Below, piece by piece: positions 10,941-21,155 of a stretch of 36,544 nucleotides of DNA. The notes under the pieces were generated by a model, which made no database searches, was not told the DNA's origin, and worked only from the letters and a program-made list of their open reading frames with translations. Each line of letters begins with the position of its first letter. The stretch's first letter is position 1. A program made the translations under genes and the position numbers. Source of the DNA: Octopus bimaculoides (Eukaryota); NCBI RefSeq assembly GCF_001194135.2, contig NC_069000.1, positions 29,579,310 through 29,615,853 on the forward strand. Reading direction: 5' to 3'.

Positions 10941-11479
10941 CTAGCGAATGTTATGTATATATATATGTATATATATATATATTACGGAGATATACTTGCA
11001 TAGAAAGTGATTTGAGCTGAGATCCTGTGCTGAAACAAAAGCAATTGCAGTGTGAAAGGTGTTTATAAGCCATTTAAAACACACAAAAACCGTTAGATTC
11101 ACTTCAACATGTAAATTTAATTTGTCGAAATATTTTCGTCGCTTTGAAACCGCGTGTAAATATAGAGATAAAAACCTTTTGTTTACAAAATATCGACGGA
11201 TGTTCATGGGACTTTCCTACTTTTTCTGTCTGTGTTTTACCCAATAGAGAAAAATAAACAGTGTTTTGACAAACTGACAATGTTTCTGTTTGTATCTCGC
11301 ACTAACAGTCCAGCTCAACGTATTACACCATTATGACTGTCAGTTTGTCTGCATCTCTTGACTCATCCCTGTTTTACTCCAAAGAAAACAAACCTTTTTG
11401 TTGTGTTAAACTGTGTTACAGCTGATCGCTCTACGAAATTTCATAAAGATTCGTTCCGAAATACCAAAGCTAATTCAAG

Positions 11480-11700
11480 GCAAAGAGAGTAACTTCTTGA
11501 GCACTTGACTTAAATTCCTCTCTACAGTGACTCATTGTTCTTAATGTAGACGTTGCAATTGTTTTTCTCCCGCTTCAAGCCTTTATAAAACATCAAGCCT
11601 AATATACAGTATAATCTTTTACGGTTCCTTTTCGCAATACCACCTTCAGTTCCACTTGATGACTTTCCCAGACATCTTGAACTGTAGGTAAATCTAACAG
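11480..11700 (-). mobile_element. Possible pogo/Tigger transposase N-terminal (CENP-B-type HTH) remnant
   Basis: Minus strand, after a frameshift, reads LDVL*RLEAGEKQ...VTVERNLSQVLKKL, resembling KLDVIxRLEAGE. Confidence 0.35.
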
Positions 11701-12081
11701 CAGTGACAGTCAACAATTAGGCACAATAAATATGTAGTAAAACAATAGCATAAGGAAAGAACTGTTTTGTGAGTGCCAAACATTATTGTCTTATTGTTAT
11801 AGATGTAAAAATGGAAACGAGGAGATCAAAAGGTGAAGGAGCTAGTTGGAAGGAGATACTGCATGATTACCGTTAGTTAAAGAGCTGAAGTGCACAATTG
11901 TGTTGACATACAACATATGTAGCTACAGACATTACTGTCATGCTGGTGCTATTATTGTTGCTGCCAATTGATTATTCAAAAGTTAGTGCATTGATAGTTG
12001 TGATGGTGGTGGTGGTGGTGGTAGTGTTGCTAGTGGCTTGGTCTTATTGCTCTTGTTAATTGTCTCCTTCTTAACAGCTAG

Positions 12082-12590
12082 ACACCAGTAGAGGAGAAGC
12101 AAGAAGAAAATAACAGAGACGGGGAATTAAAGGAAAATACAGAAGAAGCAAATGTAAAAAGTGGAGATGAAGGATTCCAGGAAGTACAAAATAAAAAGAG
12201 GAAGGACTTTAAAAATTCCTCACCCACGAAGAACTCAAAAAAAAAAAGAAAAAAAGAAAAAGAAGGTCGTAAGTAACATACAAGCACCCACACAGTATAT
12301 TCCGTTACGGCAAAAATACAAGAATATCCCAGACAACCCAGAATCTCCATCACACACAGACAGACCAGCATCTCCAGTCAAGTATACACAAACACACACA
12401 GACAGCCCAGAATCTCCAGTTAGATACACACAAACAGAGACACAAGCGTTACAGGCCAGTTATAAACACAGGGCGAATCTAACGCAATATTGGTCGAACA
12501 CGGCCATTGGAGAAAAAATTGCAAAAATGAAGACGGTAATAAGAATTATAGAGGAGGACAATACACGCGTACCAAGCATGGAGTGTATAG
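12082..12590 (+). other. Coding-like remnant (LINE ORF1-like or unannotated exon) with in-frame 42-bp repeats
   Basis: TPVEEKQEENNRDGELKENTEEANVKSGDEGFQEVQNKKRK; after a frame change in the poly-A tract it continues with SPESP/SPASP repeats (12352-12393, 12394-12435). Confidence 0.35.
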
Positions 12591-12596
12591 TAGCAG

Positions 12597-12702
12597 GCTA
12601 TAGTAGGAGACACTTGCCCAAGGTGCCAGCCACGCAGTGAGACTGAGCCTGGAACCATGTGGTTGGGAAGCAAGCTTCTTACCACACAGTCACGCCTGCA
12701 CC
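12597..12702 (-). mobile_element. SINE family B 5' head (tRNA-like plus CORE-like start), truncated
   Basis: Reverse complement GCAGGCGTGACTGTGTGGTAAGAAGCTTGCTTCCCAACCACATGGTTCC...GGCACCTTGGGCAAGTG. Confidence 0.9.
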
Positions 12703-13171
12703 TATATCACTAAATATTTAACGGCAAAAATCTATGATTTGTTGCCGTAGTGACTACATGGCTTAGGGAGGTTAATAAAACAGAGCGCTATAAATTTGTT
12801 TTATTTATAATACAAGATAAGCAAGTTGAGGGGAAAATTCAGAGTGGCTGGAAATTTATATTTGCCGGATACGAGAATATATATGACTAATTAGAGCATG
12901 TTTATAAGGGCGATACGTCATATATTTTGGTCGAAATTCGACTTCAGAATCTAATAAGGCTAGATTTTAGTGCATGCGTAGTATGAAGTAAGACAGGCTG
13001 TGAGACTAAAAAGCCTCAAAGTTGTTACTACAAGAATAGAGAAAAGCATATTCCTATTCTCACAATTGTAGTGTTGGGTCTAGTTTGAAAGTTGTATGTT
13101 TATTATTACTAAAATAAAAGCATCTGTGTTAATAAATGTACGTTAACGAATCTGTTTCTGTTCTAAGGCTC

Positions 13172-13544
13172 AAGCGTGGCTGTCCCACTGTGTGGCACCT
13201 TGGGCAAGTGTCTTCTACTAATGCCCCGAGCCGACTAGTAGATTTGGTAGACGGAAACTGAGAGAAGCCTGGCGTGTATTTGTGTGTGTGTGTGTGTGCG
13301 CGCGCGCGCGCGCGCCTTTGTGTCTGCGTTTGTCCCCCACCATCGCTTGACAACTAGTGTTGGTGTGCTTACGTCCCCGCAACTTAGCGGTTCGGCAAAT
13401 AGAACCGATAGAATAACTACCAGGCTTAACAAAAACAAAAACAAAAAAATAATAAGTACTGGGCTCGATTCATTCGAATAAAAACTCAAGGCGGTGCCCC
13501 AGCATGACCGTAGTTAAGGACTGAAACAAGGAAAAAATAAAAGA
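13172..13544 (+). mobile_element. SINE family B, near full length but with the tRNA promoter region deleted
   Basis: GCGTGGCTGT joins directly to CCCACTG. It continues GGCACCTTGGGCAAGTGTCTTCTACTA, an internal TG/CG microsatellite, ACGTCCCCG...GGTTCGGCAAA, and tail GGCGGTGCCCCAGCATG...CTGAAACAAG. Confidence 0.92.
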
Positions 13545-13559
13545 CACTTGTGTTTTCCT

Positions 13560-13880
13560 AAAAGTCCTAAAGACATACGAGTATATACACTGACGTTTGT
13601 ATCTTTGTGGAGTAATATATAGATTCATAGAATCAAGTGACTATCACGGAAAGCTCCTCAGGAGGACCTGGCTAGCAGACCACATAGTAAACTCATATGG
13701 AAGAATATAATTCAGAGTTCTATGCAGCTGAAACCCAGGAGATCCTATTAATAAAATTATTTCATGAAAAGTATATAAACCATAAAAAGTCAGGGGATAT
13801 GAGGGGTGAATATATTCATTAAACTACTTATCATCCTTAGGGTTACGGCCGTTTCGTAGCCTTCGTCACAAAGTAATAAT
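13560..13880 (-). mobile_element. Probable Penelope-like 5' end (pLTR with hammerhead remnant plus start of ORF)
   Basis: Hammerhead-like motif at 13869-13844, followed by decayed coding-like sequence MWSASQVL...ELSVIVT*F...VCL. Confidence 0.45.
13844..13869 (-). ncRNA. Degenerate minimal type-I hammerhead ribozyme motif
   Basis: GTGACGA-AGGCTAC-GAAAC-GGCC-GTA: core with C3>G, palindromic stem III ACGGCCGT, GUA triplet. Stem I is not formed. Confidence 0.5.
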
Positions 13881-14139
13881 TTCAACGTACAATAAACTAC
13901 TTTACATCAGTGCTACACATTATATAATGCAATTGTATATTTATAAATCAGTGCAGATAAGGAAAGCTAGCTCATCAGTTCTGGTGATCTGATGAACAAC
14001 CTTGTGCTACACACACACAAATATATACATGTGTGTGTATGCGCTTCTGTGCATATGTTCATGACACAACACCACTAATTAAAATACCGTTGTTGTGTCA
14101 AAAGTTAGATTAGCGTCTTGACAGCTATACATCAGTAAA

Positions 14140-14348
14140 CAATCCTTTCTACTAAAAGCACAAGGCCTGAAATTTTAGGGGAGGGAACTAGTCGATTACA
14201 ATCGCCCCCAGTGTTTCACAGGTACTTATTTTATCGACCTCGAAAGGCAAAGTCGACCTCGGCTGAATTTGAACTCAAACCGTAGCGACAGGCGAAATAA
14301 CGCTAAGCACTTCGTCCAGCGTGCTAACAATTCTACCAGTTCGCCGCC
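14140..14348 (-). mobile_element. Full-length SINE family A (AGAAAGGATT tail subtype)
   Basis: Reverse complement GGCGGCGAACTGGTAGAATTGTTAGCACGC...GAGTTCAAATTCAGCCGAGGTCGAC...GGCCTTGTGCTTTTAGTAGAAAGGATT. Confidence 0.92.
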
Positions 14349-14414
14349 TTTAGCAAAGTAAATAACAATCTGCAATAAGTACGGTAGTTGATAAAAACTA
14401 ACTGAAACTACTGG

Positions 14415-14470
14415 AAACCGCGTTGCAGGATGGCCACAGTCCAATGAACGAAACCAATTAATAAATAACA
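14415..14470 (+). mobile_element. Degenerate SINE family B tail fragment
   Basis: GGATGGCCACAGTCCAATGAACGAAACC matches the family tail CATGGCCACAGTCAAATGAGTGAAAC. Confidence 0.55.
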
Positions 14471-14756
14471 CAATTATTAATATTAATACTTTTTTATTAT
14501 CTCTGCAATATCACCGGAGATTAGGTTTTTGGATTCGTTTCTGCTCACATTTGCTATTTGAACGTCCTTAGTCTTCCCTGGATAATTGCTGCAGGTCGTA
14601 GATGTATTCTGTCAAAAGAAATAAACAAGAATATAAGCTAATTAATGGTGTCCGTCGTCTCAATCAGATAGCTTATAATAAAATACAAAAACACGTGTAG
14701 TCCACAAAAATTTCGTCTTTACTAAAACATATAAAACATCATATGCATGCATGCAA

Positions 14757-14859
<103 letters not shown>

Positions 14860-15224
14860 GCGTGAGTGAGTGGGTGTCGTTTATTTAAACTAAATGTTTA
14901 TCTATCAACCAAGCATAGGCTAAACTGGCTTTATTAAGTGGAACTCCAAGTTCTCATTTATTTTCCCAGCAGACGACAGAAGGAGCAAGCTGCCTAGTCA
15001 TTACTTTTTCAGTAGAACCCCGCCAAATGTGTCCTTACTCTCTTTATAACAAACACTCGGCTTAAGCAAACAATCGACGGAATTGATCGTTGTCTACATG
15101 GTTTCAATTTGTATCAATACGAACCTAGTTTCAGCCACCCCGCCAGGTGACGAATTTCGTTTGTTGATTTCACTTATTTTTACCTCGGCAATATTTATGA
15201 CACAAAAACTAATTTAATTCAACA

Positions 15225-15339
15225 GATGCAGGCGTGGCTGTGTGGTAAGAAGTCTGATTCCCAACCACATGGTTTCGGGTACAGTTCTACTGCGTGGTAC
15301 CTCGAGCAAGTGTCTCCTATTATAGTCTTGGCTGACCAA
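15225..15339 (+). mobile_element. SINE family B 5' head, 3'-truncated
   Basis: GCAGGCGTGGCTGTGTGGTAAGAAG...CCCAACCACATGGTTTCGGG...GCAAGTGTCTCCTATTATAG. Confidence 0.9.
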
Positions 15340-16015
15340 TGTACATGTAGGATAAACATATAAGAAATCTTCTATTAGCAAGTCTTCAGAGAATCAAATA
15401 ATACAAAATTTACATAGAGAGATTTACATATATATCAGAGGGGTAGCCAGATTCTAAAGTTAGGAGGAACGAGCACATAAAAAAAAGGCGCCGTGACACA
15501 AACCAAACAATTTTTAGCTCATTACTTTTATATAACGCGAAATATTTCCTTAGTTATAATATACGTAATTGTATTCTACATTCACTAATTTTCATGTTTC
15601 AGTAACATTGAAACTTACGACTTCTGATATCGGTCACTAAAAACTTAAAAACGATTGTTGAAAAGGCAGCAAAGCATAAACTACACGGTATATACTATAT
15701 ATTAGTTATATACTGAGAACAAACTACTAAGTGCATTGAAGAAAGTAGATCGTTGCTGTATATTTGGAATAAAATACTAACGTCTGTATTGTGACTGAGA
15801 GCTTAAGTCTTAAACATCTTCCTCAAAGTTCACTTCACCAAGGCAATATCCCACTGGTGACCTCATATCACGTCACAGCGCCACCTACTGGAATCTAACC
15901 CAGTTGATGCTGCACAAAGCAAGTTGAATGACCGTTAACAGGCATTACATTTATTAATATGATAATGTAAGATGATATGGCTTGTGGAATCTGTAAATAT
16001 CCAACGTGGAAAATA

Positions 16016-16275
16016 TCATCGCTTTGTTTGACATGTCAGTATGTTTAAATATAGAACAATTTTTGTAACATCACCGACATGTTTTTCTCTGATATCATCC
16101 ACCTGCACGCGCTGTACTGTGATAGTAACTTGTTGGAGAGTCAGTAGTTTTATTTGTGATGCAGTTTCGCTTCTTAGTCGGGGAAATTCACTTAACACGT
16201 TCTCTCTTGTTACAATGGTGATGGCAAAGACAAAGTCTTCGGCAGTTCGACACTGCTTTGTTTTGAGATACCATC
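16016..16275 (-). mobile_element. Possible decayed retroelement ORF N-terminus (PLE-like)
   Basis: Open stretch RTAEDFVFAITIVTRENVLSEFPRLRSETASQIKLL, loosely like PLE N-termini. Unverified. Confidence 0.25.
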
Positions 16276-16278
16276 CAC

Positions 16279-16313
<35 letters not shown>
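16279..16313. repeat. (TAA)n tract
   Basis: Direct reading. Confidence 0.97.
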
Positions 16314-16900
16314 GTCTTGCGCAGAAAGAGTACAAGCGTAGACACGACAAGGTAGCCCAAAACCTCCACTGGCTACTATGCCGTAAGTATGGATATGAGG
16401 TTACGGGTGCTTGGTATCAACATACACCAGAAAAGATAATGGAAGAAAAAGGGGATGGCAAAAATCTTCTGGGACTTCGATTTCCAGACAGAAGGCCGGA
16501 TATTGTAACCTTTAGTAGGGACAAACAAGAGTGCCTAATAATTGACGTGGCAATGCCAGGAAATCAACATATCATCATCAAAGAAAAAGGTTGATAAATA
16601 TGGAGACCTGATAATTGAGATCGCTAAGACGTGGCAGCTACGAGAGTCAAACATAAGGCTATCCCTATTGTCATCGGAGCATTGGGTTTAATACCACCCA
16701 ATCTGAAAAATCTGAAAACCTTAGAAATAGCCTACAATCTAGATGTATTGCAAAAGTCGGCATTACTTGGAACTGCACGCATATTGCGTTAAGTGCTGCC
16801 TGTTTGAGATCCTTGTGGTGACTTGACAAACAGTACAAACCCCCGGTAGACACAATCTCTTCAATCAACAACCTCATGAAATTGTATATCGTGCGACGTC
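16314..16900 (+). mobile_element. 5'-truncated R4/Dong-type LINE (RLE endonuclease domain plus 3' UTR)
   Basis: LAQKEYKRRHDKVAQNLHWLLCRKY, WDFDFQT, RRPDIV, CLIIDVAMP, IPIVIGALG, LQKSALLGTARILR; ends in (TAA)n. Confidence 0.92.

Positions 16901-16951
<51 letters not shown>
16901..16951. repeat. (TAA)n tract between two LINEs
   Basis: Direct reading. Confidence 0.97.
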
Positions 16952-18227
16952 TGTTGACAGTGCAATGAATGCACCACCCTAAGGCAGATATAGAACGACT
17001 TTACCTGCCAAGAAAAGAGGGTGGCTGTGGACTTTTACAACTGGAATTAACAATAAAGATTGCCACAATTGGCCGAGACACCTATCTGAAAAACTCTGAT
17101 GACTGGATGTTAAAACTTGTCTTAAAGCATGAAAACAAGAAAACATTATACTCAGTAACAAAACAAACAAAGGAATATCGAAGTGAATTCCAAATACAAC
17201 AAATTCCAGAATTAGACGTACTGGAAACAAGCACAGAAAAAGCTAAGCATAAGAAAACCCGTGCTAAAACTGCTGCCTTAGATATTCTGACTGATAAATA
17301 GCAAGAAAAACCTCTCAATGGCAAATACCCAAAGAGATCTAATAATGCCGATGTTCACAAAGCCCTTACCCATCAATGGTTAGTGTCTTCTGGCTTAAAA
17401 TCAGAGACAGAAAGGTTTATCATAGCAGCCCAAGATCAATGCTTACCTACAAGAAACTACCAGGACAACATATTAAAGGACGGCAGTAGCCGAACATGTC
17501 GTGTATGTCAACAACAAAATGAAACCATCGATCATGTTGTCTCCATGTGCAGTCTTCTTGCACCTACAAAGTATCTCAGCAGGCATGATAGAGCAGCACA
17601 ATATATTCACTGGGTAATTTGCAAAAACCTGGACCTGCCCCATGATAAAAACTGGTAGGAACACAAACCACCTCCAGTGCTTGAAAAGGATCACATCTCA
17701 CTCTTCAAACTGACAGAAAGATAGATGCGAATAGGCCAGACATTATATTGAAAGACTTCAGACAAAAATCATGCCTCCTCATTGATATGACTGACCCAAT
17801 CGACATAAATGTATCTGTCAAGACCTACCAAAAACTGAGCAAGTATAAAGATTTTGAAATAGAAACTGGCAAAATGTGGAATAAAACAATGCCTGTTGTC
17901 ATAGGTGTCTTAGGAATGATAGCAAAAGGAGCTGATAGCTACCTAGCTCAGATACCAGGAAACTCCAAAATGGCACAAATTAAAAAGATAGTGCTCATGG
18001 GAACTGCCCATATCCTACCTAAAATACTGTCTATGTAGTCTCAAATTTTCAAACAAACTCATAATTTTCTTATGTTTTCTTAAACATTCTCTAAAACAAT
18101 ATTATGTGCAAAACCAAATATATGACTCCCCAGGCATATCACCAGCATGGACTTCTAACTTGTCTCTTGAGGTCTCTGGGTGAGACTTGGAGCCAACTTG
18201 TACAAATACAAAGCAAAAGTCAAACAT
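16952..18227 (+). mobile_element. 5'-truncated R4/Dong-type LINE, second subfamily (post-RT, CCHC finger, RLE, 3' UTR)
   Basis: HHPKADIERLYLPRKEGGCGL, ETERFIIAAQDQCL, CRVCQQQNETIDHVVSMC, RHD, NRPDII, IDMT, VVIGVLG, VLMGTAHIL. Few stops; tail of TAA/TGA repeats. Confidence 0.95.
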
Positions 18228-18257
18228 ATAATAATAATGATGATGATGATGATGATG

Positions 18258-18324
<67 letters not shown>

Positions 18325-18345
18325 CAACAGCAACAACAATAACAA
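18228..18345. repeat. Compound (ATA)n/(ATG)n/(ATA)n/(ACA)n tract
   Basis: Direct reading. Confidence 0.95.
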
Positions 18346-18349
18346 TAGT

Positions 18350-18475
18350 GGTTTCAGGTTTTGGCACAAGGTTAGCAATTTCAAGGGAGGAGTTATGTTG
18401 GTTACATCGACGCCAGTGCTCAGCTGGTACTCATTTTATCGACCTCGAAAGGACGAAAGACAAAGCTGAACTCGG
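18350..18475 (-). mobile_element. SINE family A 3' half
   Basis: Reverse complement CCGAGTTCAGCTTTGTCTTTCGTCCTTTCGAGGTCGATAAAATGAGTACCAG...CCTTGTGCCAAAACCTGAAACC. Confidence 0.88.
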
Positions 18476-18477
18476 TA

Positions 18478-19562
18478 GTTGATCCTCATCGACGCATAGA
18501 GTTTCCCCGGGAACGTCGTCGTACTAACCCTCCGCTAGCTCTCCATAGAACGCTAGAACTACCACCGACCGCATTGCCCGCTTGGCAGAGGGCTGTGAGT
18601 GCTTAACTCGAGCGCCCCTCCTCGGTCTACACCTAATCCAGGTTTACAGCTCAGTCAAAGAGACGAGCTGTGGAAACGTGTGTCTGACAAACCGTAACCA
18701 CATCCGCTCACCAACAAGCAAACGCTGGAGATGCCGTAGCCTGAGCGCATGTCTGCACATCAGCAACCACGGTATGTCCAGCCCTCCATTCAGCTGCTGT
18801 TAACTGCAGATGGAGCGCCTGACCAGTGGAAAGCGCCCCTTCCACAGAAAGCGGAAGAGTAAGTGCACCAGCTTGGTCAACCAGCAAACTGGGCAAAGGA
18901 CGACGGTCAAATGGTAATAGATGACGGATGCGATATACGCATTCGCCATCTCCCTCGACCTTTCAGGGACAGCTTCCTCTCGGCCTATTTCTGGGTGAGA
19001 TTGGCTACCTTGCTCGTCACCTCGTCCCAGTTTTTCTCCACCTGGAAGTCCAAACCAAACCAGACCCCGAGCAATTTAACCGGATCCTCTGTCCAGCGAC
19101 CCACGACGCTGTTGGTCAGCATGGACTTGCCGCTCCAGGTGCCGAGTTGCAAGCCCACTGACTTTTCTACGTTAATTGTTGCTCCTGTCACCACTTCATA
19201 TTCTTGTAGTGTGTCGCCAATCAGGTCTATATGCCTGTGACTCGACATTTTGACGGTGACATCATTAGCGTAAGCAGACACACTTCTTTCACACCCTATA
19301 TCACGTGGGAAACCCCTCAAAGCCTCCAGCTTCCGCAGTAATGGCTCAAGAGTCAGTACATACAGAAGGGAGGAGAGAGGGCACCCTTGACAGACCGAAC
19401 GCAAGATGTTGCATGGCTGCGACAAGTGACCATTCATCCGAACAACCGAGCAGATGCCGCTGTACAAAGCAGAGATCAAACCGCGGAAAACTAAACCGAA
19501 GCCCTGAGGCGAGCTGCCAAGTATTGATGGTCGACCCTATCAAAGGATTTAGTGTTTTGGTA
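18478..19562 (-). mobile_element. L1/Tx1-clade LINE ORF2 fragment (RT and downstream), decayed
   Basis: FDRVDHQYL, VCQGCPLSSLLYVLTLEPLL, SAYAND (YADD), GATINVEKS, KLLGVWFG, LSLKGR, FRFLWKG. Confidence 0.93.
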
Positions 19563-19611
19563 CCAAAAACACTACATAAAAAAATGTTGCCCGTCAAACC
19601 AAAAAGATCCC

Positions 19612-19729
19612 AAAAAAGACCGATAGAATAAATACTAGGCTTACAAAGAATAAGTCCTGGGGTCGATCTCCTCGACTAAAGGCGGTGCTCCAGCATGGCC
19701 GCAGTCAAAAGTCTGAAACAAGTAAAAGG
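19612..19729 (+). mobile_element. SINE family B 3' tail fragment
   Basis: GACCGATAGAATAAATACTAGGCTTACAAAGAATAAGTCCTGGGGTCGAT...GGCGGTGCTCCAGCATGGCCGCAGTC...GAAACAAGTAAAAG. Confidence 0.92.
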
Positions 19730-20059
19730 GGAGTGGAGTAAGAGGAAGTGGAGTGAGAAGGGGAAGGGTAATTGGAAGGAGGGAGAGTTAAGGGAAAAAG
19801 AGTGGAGTCGGGAGTGGGGGATTAAAGTTAGGATCATGCTTAGAGTTAGCGGGGTAGAACGAGGAGGAAAGACTCCGGTGTGAGGAATACCGTGTCATAT
19901 TTGACGATATGAAGATAATGAGGAGAGGTCATTTGTCCAGCTTTTAACTTGGGAAACACAGATACCACTAACACCTCCGCTGCAACTACAATCAACTTCA
20001 TCATCGTCCCTAACCTGATGATTCCTACACACGTGTCCATCAACAACCACCTTCTTTAT

Positions 20060-20171
20060 CTTCACTAGCACCATGACTACACCGCTGCCCACCATCATCA
20101 CTACACCCACCACCAACACCACTACGACCACTCCTACTACCATCACCACCACCACCACCACCACCACCACC

Positions 20172-20228
<57 letters not shown>

Positions 20229-20230
20229 AC
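20060..20230. repeat. Compound (CAC)n(TAC)n(TGC)n trinucleotide tract
   Basis: Direct reading. Confidence 0.95.
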
Positions 20231-20496
20231 TAACACCAGTGTTGTTCCATCTCACTGGCTCAGAGTAGTCGGACCACCCAAGACTTAGTACTATTTGGGT
20301 GGGCGTCTGATTCAGGCTTCCTCTGTCTGTAGACACTTTTAAGACGGCCATACATAGAAAATGTAACGGTGATGCTCTTTGGGACATTGACATGTAGTTT
20401 GTGGATGTGTGAAGTGGGGGAAGAGTGGGGAAAGTCTTATACTGAACTAGTCTGCCCGTTTTTTTCCCCATCTCTTTCTGATATGTACGTGTGTAT

Positions 20497-20530
20497 TGCT
20501 GCTGCTGCTGCTGCTGCTGCTGTTGTTGTT

Positions 20531-20561
<31 letters not shown>
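20497..20561. repeat. (TGC)n(TGT)n tract
   Basis: Direct reading. Confidence 0.95.
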
Positions 20562-20729
20562 AATGCAGACTACAACACTTAAAGAAGACGAAAATAATTC
20601 TTAAATGAGTGATATTATAAACGTAATGACAAAAAAAAAACGTCATTTGCATTCGTAAAATTATTCTCGAAAGGGGAAAAGGTGAGGACACCTAAAACTT
20701 CAGATGAAAATTTAAATGGAGATATACGT

Positions 20730-20890
20730 CTACGTCCCCGTAACATTGCGGTTCGGCAAAAGACACCCGCTAGAATAAGTACTAGGCTTACAAAGAATAA
20801 GTCCTGGGGTCGATTTGCTCGACTAAAGACGGTGCTCCAGCATGGCCACAGTCAAATGAGTGAAACAAGTAACATAATAAAAGAATAAAT
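20730..20890 (+). mobile_element. SINE family B 3' half
   Basis: TACGTCCCCGTAAC...GGTTCGGCAAAAGA...AATAAGTCCTGGGGTCGATTTGCTCGACTAAAG...CATGGCCACAGTC. Confidence 0.92.
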
Positions 20891-20970
20891 GGGGGAATGA
20901 GTCTGATCGCTGGCAGCAAAGGTGATATCTTCAGACATGTTCTGATCTTAATAGAACTCTTTGGTTGTAA

Positions 20971-21155
20971 GGTGGTGAGCAGGCAGAATCGTTAACATGG
21001 CAAGCAGAATGCTTAGCAGTATTTTGCCCGTCCTTGCGTTCAGAGTTCAAATTCAACCAAGGTCGACTATACTTTTCATCGTTTCGGAGGTCGATAAAAT
21101 AATTGCCAGGTGATGAAATCGATTTGCCCACTTTGTGCCAGAATTTGAAACCAAT
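20971..21155 (+). mobile_element. SINE family A with internal deletions
   Basis: GGTGGTGAGCAGGCAGAATCGTTAAC...GAGTTCAAATTC...GTGCCAGAATTTGAAACCAAT. Confidence 0.88.

Noticed and set aside
12721-12748. 12-bp hairpin ACGGCAAAAATC/GATTTGTTGCCGT as a Helitron end or terminator
   Set aside because: No CTRR terminus at the proper distance and no other Helitron evidence.
13972-13995. TCATCAG/CTGATGA inverted pair
   Set aside because: No GAAA or stem III on either strand; only a 7-bp hairpin.
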